From assembly GCF_009914755.1 (NCBI RefSeq), contig NC_060928.1: 64,000 nucleotides of DNA; one strand, 5' to 3'. Within the stretch, counting starts at the first letter, position 1; every line of letters starts with the position of its first letter. Made by a program: the position numbers and the translations under genes. The notes under the pieces were generated by a model, which did no database searches, had not been told where the DNA came from, and saw only the letters and a program-made list of their open reading frames with translations. This document shows, piece after piece, positions 40,201-56,060 of this stretch. This DNA comes from the human T2T-CHM13v2.0 reference genome, Homo sapiens.

Positions 40201-41949
40201 TGTTTTATACACTTCACATCACCAACTTCTGAATAAACACCCCACCCAACTTCTAAGTTCCTTCCTGACATCTGGTGTGTGCAAATGCTAGAGGACTACA
40301 TCCAGCAGGAATTCTTCACCCCAGGACCTGTCCAGTATGGATGAAGAAATCTTGATGTCCTACCGGGAGGGAGGGTTGCGGGAGTAGATCTGGTGCACCT
40401 TCAATGAGAATTCAAGGAAAGAAGGCCACCATGCCATTTTATACTCACCAAGGGGTGGTAATGGTTGGAAATCAGAAATACTTATACTTTATTAAACAAG
40501 GCAGCTGAGTTATTAATTCTAGAAACATAATAAATGTGTCAAGCCTGATTAAAAAAACAAAAAAAAAAAACAAAAACAAAAGCAAGGAAGTGTATTTTAA
40601 AGGGCTGCTATATGAGAAGCAGAAAAATACACTGAATACTGTGTGAAGGGAAATAATTGGGTTCAAAGGTCTTAGGAAGACTTGGTCAAATATTCTAGTT
40701 GCAAAGCGGGATTTAAATACGCTGTGGGGAGGCTAGTCTCTGAATGGACATATTTCTCTGTCAGATGCTTTGTAAATGAAAATATCTCTTTGCTAAATTA
40801 GTTTTTCCAGCATTTATGTGTAAATAATTAATGACTGCTTAAGCATGTCTGTGAAATATCTGATGGTTCCCATGTAAGGAGCATTACTATCAGCAATTAG
40901 GCATGAAAAGAAACCATCTTTGATCCCTTATAAAAATTGAAATAATTCTCTTTTAAAAGAAACTTACATGCATTAGAAGACCCCCATTTCCCTTAGGGAT
41001 AAATTTTTTCTAGAGAGTTCCTAAACTACTTAGTGAAGCAAATGGGGACTTTAGAGCAAAGAAATGCTACACATCTGCTTTGGAACTTTAGGTTTCTATC
41101 CACCAACAATTTGCTTCTCTGGGAAAATTTTGAGATGAATTACCCAGTCCTATTTATCTTGTGCTGCTTCTGTTGCTGCTTTAACCTGAATGTATTTCAT
41201 AAGTACTTCAAAAGAAACCCAGAGCAGCCGAATATGTCCTTTCTTTTTCAACAAGAAGACCCTACTTTTCAGTGCTGGAATTGCATTTTATATCTGGTTT
41301 GGAACCCAGTTCTTGAGAGCTGAACATAATCATCCTTAATCTGTTTGGTTACTTACTTATTACTTTAAAGAGTGGGGAGAAAGGGACTTCTATTGAGTTT
41401 GCTCTCCAATCCATGCCTCTTTAAAGAGTGCAGGTGAATAATCTATATTTCAAAGAAAGATGACCTTTACTTGATTTAATGGAATCTCACTTTCAATATC
41501 TGAAATGAGAAAGTGATTAAAGCTTTGGCTGATAGGCAAGATGTATTTTAGAAATAGATAAGCAAAAAAGTCAGACACTGTCAGAAAGGATTTTGACTTT
41601 CTTTAATATTTAAGTACTTCATATGAATCCTGGTTTATGCATTAACAGTATATTTTTAAGTTGGATTACAAGTCCTGCATGTTTTATATAATTCCTAATT
41701 GGTTTCTTACATAAGGTAAAGATATTGGGCAAAGCAGGTATATTTTTTTTCGGGGTTTTCATAGAGACTAGACCTATTCTGTTCTTAAAAGACCATTGGA
41801 GAATATAAGAGTCATTTGACACACTGCTTTAGAGAGTTTGCAATTCTGTTTGATATGATTTTAAATTATAATTAATTTGAATTTCAATGCCTATGTTTTG
41901 CTGTCGCCTACATTCAAAGAATTTCTCTCAACAAATTAACGGAAAAATA

Positions 41950-42250
41950 AATCTAACATTTATGGAGGATTCACTAGATAGCATGTGCTTTTCTAAGTGA
42001 TGTACAAGTATCAGTTCATTTAATCTGCCTCTAGACCAGTACTTGACCCACAATAAAGATGTGTTGAACAATGAACAACTCTATGAAGCAGGATTGTTAA
42101 CTGTCCCCACTTTATAGATAGGGACTTTGTGACAGAGATAAGTTAAAGAGCTTGCCCTTTGCCCAAGATCATAAAGTAAGTAAGTAGTGAAGCTCTGGGT
42201 TTCAACACAGGTCCCATTGTAGCACACAAATTTCTCACCATGATGCTCTG
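41950..42250 (-). mobile_element. MIR (MIRb-like)
   Basis: 'ccccactttatagat...cagagataagttaa...ttgcccaagatcata'. Confidence 0.7.
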
Positions 42251-42894
42251 CCATGTGTTCTTCACACTAACAATAGCATATAAATTACATGTAAACAGGA
42301 TTTTGTAGAAAACACTTTTGTTCACCTTCCTTTTATTCCTAAAATCATAGTGTATCTTAAAATCATATGTACCTTATCCCATTTTTAAACATTTTAATCT
42401 ACACTAGTTACACTTATCTACACTTTATAGGTGAATGCTTACATGATTACTTGCTATTGTATATGATAGGATACGTATGCAGTGACAGAGTAAATGTATA
42501 AACATAACTCTTAGGGGACTAAAAAAGAGGTTATAGTCTATTTATGGATTCAGATGTATTTTATTGAGGAAGAAGAATTTATGATAACCATTCAAGCAAG
42601 GTTTTGACTATTGAAAACATCTCAGGCAGTGAGAACATCACGAGTAAAATGAGAAGGCAGGTAATTACAGTGATATTATACAATACTTCTTGGAAGTCAA
42701 CTCACAGCTACAGTCATAGTACATTCTAAGTTTCTTCTATGCAAGCAAAAAATGTGGCACATTCCCTGACACTCTCAGGGTTGTTAATGGTGACCCAAAT
42801 CTGTGACATCATCGGCTTTCTTTATCAAAGCCTTTAGACTGCCCCTTATAAAATCCAGGAGAGTAAGATAATTCATAATTAACTAGGAAAGAAA

Positions 42895-43095
42895 ACTTAT
42901 GTAGAATCCTCAGTCTAGTGTGTATTAGTGTTGTAATGTTGGGCAAAATAATTAGCTTCTTTGAATCTATTTTCTCATTTGTAAAATGGAGATAAATGTT
43001 AATGTTACCTTCTTAAGAGAGTTTTCTGTGAGACTCAAATGAGAGCCTTGTAATTTACAATGACAGTGCATTGTAAATTACAAAATGTTACCTAT
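42895..43095 (+). mobile_element. MIR
   Basis: 'ttttctcatttgtaaaatggagataa...tgtgagactcaaatgag'. Confidence 0.7.
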
Positions 43096-43599
43096 CTATT
43101 TCATGTAAAATGTCACCACCATGCAAAACATTCACTCTATTTTATTTCTACCTTTCAAAGTGGTGTTTTTGTCACTGGAAATATAAGAGACTTTTCTATG
43201 AATACTCTCAGTAATATATGAAGACAATATAGACAGAATTTTTTTAAAAAATTGAAAATAAAAAAGCAAGGAAGTCAACAAATATTTTAGATATTTAAGA
43301 GAATACTAGAAATCATAGGAAGATAATCTGACAAAATCAGAAGAAAAAGAAAAAAACACCTGACAATACCTTCTGAAAACTGAACTCAAATTCAAATCAG
43401 CAGTGTCACAGTCAGCAGCTCAGAGAGAGTGCTGTCTACCTTGGCTGCTGCTCAAGCCTCCTCACCCCATTGCCAAGTGGAGATTTCTCCCTGCCCCCAT
43501 ACCCCGGCCCACAGGTTCCCCATCAGTCCTTGCCTAGACATCATGAAGGCCAACTTCATTATGCCCTGATTCCTGTTCAAGTCAGTCACCATCTGAACC

Positions 43600-46500
43600 C
43601 TGGGATTGTTAGGTTATTTTCAATTCTTATATTTTATTCTTTTACACAGCTGTGTACAAACCCTCTTTGAACTCTTTTATCTACCCTTGAACAACTCCTG
43701 AGTTTTTCCATCTGGAACATGCCGTTATCAGCAAAATCTCCTGAAGCTCAATTATTTCCCTAAAGATTCTTTTTGCCTTCTTGCTCTAATACAGCTTTCT
43801 TCCACAGGACTTGGCTTCATATGAAATCTCCAAAATGCTCATGGTGATATTCTTTTCCGTGATTCACCTTAAAGAGAGGCTAGGTGTTTTTCTTGAACTT
43901 CATGCCCATTTTCGGACCATTTTTCCCTTTTCCTCCAAAGAGCAGGCAGTATTGAGTCTCAGAGTTTCAGGAGTATATCATACATATGGCTCCTCATTTC
44001 AGTGATTTGCCAATCTCAAGGTCACTCTCAATCACTTCTTGAAGATTTTTGCTGGTCCACTGTCTCTCTAATTTGTTCTTGCCATGTTTTTGGCAAGGCC
44101 AGTATTCTCATAGGTCATTCTTTCAGTACCTGGACTTTCAGTTCCTTCACTTCTTTTCTATTTATCTTATCTCCTGTCCTACCTCAACATCTCACTTTCC
44201 AAGCCCAAACTCCAAAACATATCATTACCAATAACTTTAGACCCTCCATAATCCCAAATTCAAGAATTCAACTCCATTCTACCTCTTTCATCCACATAAC
44301 TCTACCCAGACACTAATAATTTCTGTATCCTTCTAAGAATTTTAGATCAATAATTATTTTTCCTCTTCATGGCCTCTCATCCACTTCTTGCTCTCACTTC
44401 ACTTGCTATCCAACTTAAATTCCATACTTCAGCAATGCAATCTCTCCTTATTTTATAATCTCAATAATTTTGCTTGATTTCCATTCCTGAGATACTCATG
44501 GAAAATACCCAACCCTGCTAAAGATCAGCTGGGTTGGCATCTACGCATGCAACCATACCAACTGATCTCACTGGTTGATATGAGTTACTAACACTCATAT
44601 CAATTAGACCCTTAATGCTTTCTGACATTCATACTACATTATCTTTATCCATTCACTTACCCAAGCTCATGGATATTAAATTTCCAGTTTTCTCGTCTAA
44701 ACCTCCACAACTTTATTCTCATGGATAGAAAATGACATTTTTATTTTACTAAGAAAATATAAATGACTAGGAGGAAAAAATATTCACCAACAACCACTCT
44801 TTTGATTTGTTCCCATACTCCACTTTATTAATATAGATTTACACTTTGTACTTTTGCCTAAGACCAACTCATCTGTTTATGCATTATATCTCAAATCCTC
44901 TCACCTGAATCCAGCCCATTATTTCAGTAACACTTGCACTCTCTCTTACTGTTTGATCCACTCCACCTGCACATAATCATACTAATATTTTTCCATCTTA
45001 AAAATGTAATAAACAAATCCTTTTCCTGAGCTCATATCCTTTTTCAGTTACCACCCACATTTTATCTGCTCTCACTTATAGCAATAATTCTCTAACAAAC
45101 AAACAATAACAACAAAAGAAATCAACGTGTAAACTTGAGGTATTCATATCCTCTGCTGTCTTTAACTCCATTCAGGTTGGTCTCCAGCACTCCACACTGC
45201 TCTTATCAGGATTAACAATGGCCACAACCTTAATAAGTCAAGGTCAATTTACGCCTCTCATTTAACTTGACATGGCAATACGACTGATGCAGATTATCTC
45301 TTCTACCCTTTGTGATACTGTATGTGCTTACACACACACACACACACACACACAAATCCTTTATTTTCTTTCTACTTCTTGACTGCTTGTAGTTTTTCCC
45401 AATCTCACCAGCTTTTAGCATTGGAATATCCAGAGCTCAGTTCTTGAACTTCTTTTGAAGTGGCTAAACCCCTGCCTTGGGAAACCCAGAAACATTCTTT
45501 TATGGGCATAAATATAGATGAAGCCCAATTTTTATAGTCACATACAATTATTTTTATCTAAAACAATGATAAAATGGTATATATTGAGGTCAGTAAGTGG
45601 GGAGTGACTGAAGCGATTAATTTCTGCTATTGCAATAGTTTAACATAAATCTTTTAGCAGGGAAATAACTAAAAATTTTCCCCAGGTCTTGTCTTCTTAG
45701 AGAGCCAGTATGTCATAATAAAAAGAGAAATGAGAACACTTTAACATACCTAGATTTAATTCTTGTGTTAGCTAATTATTGTTAGTGTAACTCTTAGGTT
45801 ATCTTTGAGATTCCTCATCTATAAAACATGGCTAGAGCACAATACTCTGCAATTTTACAAGAGATAAAGTCAGAATTTGGCTTTGCTTCCGGATTCTAAG
45901 AATGAGTTACCTCTCCTTTCTTCTCCTCAAAGACAATCATTTCCCCTACACTCTTGATCCTTATTCTCTGTTATCTCTAGACCTTGAAGCATCATTCATT
46001 TGCAGTCTCTTTGAATTCCCAAAAGTCTCTTTATTTTAATTTACTCTATAAACTTGCTTGAGTCTCTCAAATCTTAAAGGATTCTGGGCATCTCCAGCAG
46101 AATGAACATACCAATGCTTCAAATTCAGTAAGCCCCAAATCAATTTATATATTATCCATTAAATCTAATACCTTCTGGTAATTTCCATGCCAGTGTTCAG
46201 CATTGTTATTGAGCCAGTCACCCAATATGGAAATCTAGAATTGCACCTTTGACTTTACCATCTTCCATATCCACCACATCTAATTAATTACCAAGTTTTA
46301 TGTCTTGTATCTCTTAATTTTTTTCTCAAAGCTATACCCCTTTTTTCATTTTTATACTCACTGCTGTAATTTAAGTCTTCATTATCTATATCGCAGAATA
46401 TGGCAAAGGTCCTATTTGATCTTACTGATTGGCATAGCTTCTTTATTATACTTGTTCAATCAAAATTTTTATAAAAAATTCAAAACCGATTATCTCAGCT

Positions 46501-46850
46501 CCCTGCATAAAACAATTGTCACCCTCATTTTGTAGTGCTTTTCAAATCTTTTGAACAATATACTCCTAATAAGCAAAGAATAATAGCTTACCACATACTT
46601 TAAAGTTTGTGTATTCTATTTTGTACCATCTATCCTAATTTTTTTAAAAAAATATATCATCTTACATTTTAGCTAAGGAAATCTCCCTATTATCCATTCT
46701 AGTTTTCTGTTTGTGGATCTAGGTCCTCCATTAGACTGAGAGCTGCTTCATGGAATGATATCTTTCTTATTCATCTTTGTTATGTCAGTATGGTATATAT
46801 TGTTTGATTTATAGAAATAACTCACTAAATAATAGCCTAGTGAATAGACA
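43600..46850 (+). mobile_element. Long decayed L2 region (body and 3' end, fragmented)
   Basis: Pyrimidine-rich L2 motifs ('cactgctcttatcaggattaacaatggcc', 'ttagactgagagctgcttca...tattcatctttgt'); a MIR piece at ~45700-45850. Confidence 0.6.
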
Positions 46851-47645
46851 AAAGAAAAAAAGTTAGTGTTTTCTGGTATAATACTAAAATATTAAGATTT
46901 ATTATAAAGATAAACTTCCAGAAAATAAAAATAAAAATAAATCTGCACAAGTTTATAGATTGCAACATTATTGAATTTCTAAACCATTGAAAAGTACCTA
47001 CATGACAAACATAGGCAATTGAGTAAAATACAGCTTACTGTTATCATAAAGGAGTATTATGTAACTGCACAAAGGAAAGATCCCTATTTACTGATAAGTT
47101 AATTTCAGATACAGTAAGTTAACAATTGAAGGGTGAAAAAGATTATATACATATGTAGGTATGCACAATATTTTCGGTAAGAAAGAAGAAGAAATAAGAA
47201 AGCATACAAGTATCTGATTATTTTGTACATACTCATTAAACATTTTTGGCTGACACACTTCTTAAGAGCTGCTGTGTTCTCTGGGCATCAAAACAGAGGT
47301 ATATGATCTTTGCAAATTATTGATGATGCTAATTTTTATCAGCATGTTAAAAATGTTTTTTATTTTATTCACTTCACAATCATTATTTTTTTCTTTTGTA
47401 GTTAATAATGAATTCAAGGCACAATCCTTTGACAAACCATAAATACTCTGTTCTTCATTAAATGACCTCTCCTACTGATTAAGCCTTTAGTAATGATTCT
47501 GGGTGGAAACTATTTTTATATGTTTGTTATAAAAGGAAATTTTCTAACTTTATAGTTTCTACTGTATTTATTAATTTATAGCCTATTGAAATAATTTTCC
47601 TTCTTCCTAATTAATTTATTCATTTATTTTGTACATGTGTATGTC

Positions 47646-48057
47646 TATATGCTCCTTGACTTACAATGGGGTTATGTTCTATCAAATCCCTCATAAATTG
47701 AAAATATCAAAAGTTCAAAATGCATTTATTACACATAAACACTGAACATCATAGATTAGCCTAGCGTACGTAAACAGTCTCTAAACAATTACATTATCCT
47801 ACAGTTTGGTGAAATCAACTAATGCGAAGACTATTTTATAATAAAGTAAAACAATTTTTATAATAAAATAAAAAACACTACTTTATAATAAAGTGTTGAA
47901 TATCTCATGTAATTTATTGAATACTCTGCTGAAAGTAAAAAACAGAATAGTTATATGGGTACATGAAATATAGTTTCTACTGAATGCATATAACTTTTGC
48001 ACAATTGTAAATTCAAAATATTGTTAATTCTAACCATTGTAAATTGAGGACCACCTG
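47646..48057. mobile_element. MER47A-like (TcMar-Tigger) DNA transposon
   Basis: 'atgctccttgacttacaatggggttatg' ... 'aaccattgtaaattgaggaccacctg' TIR-like ends; internal 'tttataataaa' triplication. Confidence 0.8.
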
Positions 48058-48349
48058 TGTTCATCTTCAATAGAGACTCACAGAGTCTTACTTTATGCAA
48101 TGTGATAAAATTCATTAACATCTTTATATATTTTCATGCTCAAATTGTGCCTATTTGACTAGTGGACTTCAAGCTGATTTCTCTATCCTTTCAACACACT
48201 CTAACCATCATTTTACTCACTTTCTGCAACATCAAGCAAGATATTTCTGTCTTGATTTGTAATTTCCCTGTCCCAAACCTGGAATTAGTCAGTTTTTGAA
48301 AAATTCCTAGTTTTTTTTTTTTTGTAGTGTTTAATGGTATTCTAAATCT

Positions 48350-48530
48350 ATGTTGGTGATCAGTTGCCATGGAACAAGTTACTCCAAAACTTGGTGGTTT
48401 AAAACAATAACACACGTGTTATTTCTTATAGTTTTTGTGGGTCAGGAATTTTAGGAGGCTTGGTTCAGCAATTCTGGCTTGGGTTTCCGATGAAGTTTCT
48501 TAGGTGTACATTGGAACTTCAGTAATCTAC
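48350..48530 (-). mobile_element. MLT1 LTR fragment
   Basis: 'ccaaaacttggtggtttaaaacaataa...tttttgtgggtcaggaattt'. Confidence 0.65.
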
Positions 48531-48977
48531 AGGGGTTAGGTGGAGGGGAGAAAGTGGATGAAAGAGATAGGTGAGGAGTGACACTTCTCTGAGTGAAATT
48601 TTGACTATCCAAATCAATTTTTAATAATATATATCTTCAATTATATGAACAAGATGAAAAATAAAAACCTAATATAAATAAAAACAAATGAATCCAACTG
48701 TTTTTCAAACCACGTTAAAGGTAGAGATTTTCAAATTGAAAAGAAGATATCTTATTACATTTTGGATAGATTACTTTGACTGTACACTCTCAGACTAAAG
48801 AAAAACAGAACAATAAACAAATCTTGAACTTTTCCTAGTATGAATGAGCATAGAAGGTGTGAAGCCATTTTAGGCCTGTTGAAGGATTTATTGGATGAAT
48901 ATACTTGTATTCAAACTCATTATTTTATAATTTCAAGTATTTATATACACACATGCATACACATATGCACAAATACA

Positions 48978-53593
<4,616 letters not shown>

Positions 53594-53598
53594 ATTCA

Positions 53599-53637
<39 letters not shown>
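53599..53637. repeat. (TATC)n tetranucleotide STR
   Basis: Read directly. Confidence 0.9.
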
Positions 53638-53772
53638 TGTATCTAACTTTCTATCTATGATTTCTGTATCTATCTGCATGTATGTATATAGCTCTGTTCA
53701 CTTAAAAGGCCCAGGAGCAATAGTGTACCAGAAGAAATGAGCATGCATAATGCCAGCAAATCTTGGGATTTC

Positions 53773-54778
53773 TGTGGAACTCACCATCCAAGATTGACCC
53801 CAGTGATTCTTACTTTCTGGTATCATTACCTTTATGCAGTTCATGTTCACACTGAACGAGGGATCAGCTGGCTAAGAGATACCAGAAGTGACTAGTAACT
53901 CCCAAAGCTATGCCATAAAAAACATTGACACTTCTGAGACACGCAGGCTGACTGTTTTTCTGTTTCGATGTGGTCTAGAATAAAAGAACAAAAGCCTCTT
54001 AATCAAGCTGTAGGCTTACCTAACTTCCAGCCATTCAGCAACAAAATACCCAAGAAGTTATTAAGCACAAGTGCTGCTTTAGAGGGCTATGGACTCCCCT
54101 GGGGTCCCACATGTGCAGTTAGACTTAAACTTCAACTTCGAGTTACCCCTTCCTCATTTTAATGCTAAAACTCACACCCAGGTGAGGAGATTACAATGCT
54201 AATATTACATGCTGTCTATGAAGAAGCATGTTGAATTACTGCACAAGCACTAGAGAAACCTCTTCTATACCTGCCCTAATGAAACCCTTCCCTATAGAAA
54301 GACTCTATAAAACTAACCCTACACACAGTGTTGGTTCCCTTGTGCACAAGCTAAATAAATTTTCTTTTTGTTGCTATATCTGGTAACCTCTCTTGATTTC
54401 TGCTCTGGGAGATTACAAGAATCCAGGGAGCTGATAACATTTCTATCTTGTTTCCTTGAAACATTCACTCTGGGGAAAGCCAGCCACACTATCATGATAA
54501 CACTCAGCCATTCTTGGGAGATGCCCATATTGGAGAGAAATAAAGGCCTCCCTCCAACATGCCAGCCATGTGAGCGATCCATGTAGACTTCAGATCACTG
54601 TGGATCCAGTGGACACCTGACTGAGAAAATTCATAAGAAACCCTAGCCAGAGCCATTCAGCCAAGCCACTCTTGAATTTCTGACCCATAGCAACTGTAAG
54701 ACATAATAAATACTTAGTATTGCTTTAAGTCATTAAGCTTTGGGGAAACTTATTAGACAGCATTTAATCACTAATGCA
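53773..54778 (+). mobile_element. MLT1F-like MaLR LTR interrupted by an ERV1 LTR
   Basis: 'cactctggggaaagccagcc...gccatgtgag...cagccaagccactcttgaatttctgaccca...ctaatgca'. Confidence 0.75.
53935..54439 (+). mobile_element. ERV1-class solo LTR (MER67/MER4-group-like)
   Basis: 505 bp TG...CA with TATA-like 'ctataaaa', AATAAA and near 4-bp TSD cttc/tttc. Confidence 0.6.
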
Positions 54779-55245
54779 GTTTCTAAATACCGTTAACCAC
54801 TAAAAGCAACCAAGAATACTTGGAAAAATGACTGCTTCCGGGTCTGGGACTGGGAAATTAGAAGATGAAATTGAAACAACTTGCTATACCAGAAAAGAAA
54901 GCGATGTTTAAAAATAATTATGGTTATATGTCAAAATATAAGATAATTCAGGTTGGCAGAGCTTCAACTAGCAAAATTGGTGCTATTTGGCATCACAGTA
55001 TAGAAAGATATGAAGTCTCATTGAATAAAATAGGACTCCATGAATGTATGTGGAAAATAAATACATGCATACATGTATATAAATGTGCATAGGTATATAA
55101 ATAAATAAGAGTATAAATAGTGGAGAAGAAAAATTCATTTCAGTAAAATATCAGCTGATAAATATAGATGAAATAATATGGTTAGATACAGTAATTTTTT
55201 ATAGCCAACATATTAAAAATTAATTCTGGTAAGAATCATCAATAC

Positions 55246-55506
<261 letters not shown>

Positions 55507-56060
55507 TAATTAACTAGGCGGCATTTGATGAGAAACAGAATACTTACATATTCTCAAAGGACATCTTTTCATACTTGTTAATAATTACAAAAGAAAAATA
55601 GTAATTATGAAGTGGATATGATGATATTTTAACCAACTGATCAAAGTTGACATCATCAATAAACTGCAATTGGACATTTTAGGCCTCCATTTTGATGCCT
55701 TGAGAAGGACATAGCATCACTTAAGTAGTGTGCCAACCAAAAATATATAACCTGAATCTAATCTTAAGGAAATATCAGACAAATCTGAACTGAGAGAGAG
55801 TCTATAAAATAACTGATTTGTATTCTTCAACAAATGTCAATGTCAGGAAAGTCAAAGTCAAAGAAAGGCTGAGAAGCTGTCCGAGATTAAAGAAGACTAG
55901 AGAGATATGTAAACTTTATTCATTATGGGATTTGGGCCTGGATCCAATACTGAAAAATAATCCCCATACAGAACATTATTGGCATCATGGAGTAAACTGG
56001 AATGAGGACTGAAGATTAGAATAAAGTATTATATTACTGTTAAACTTTTTGTATGTATAA

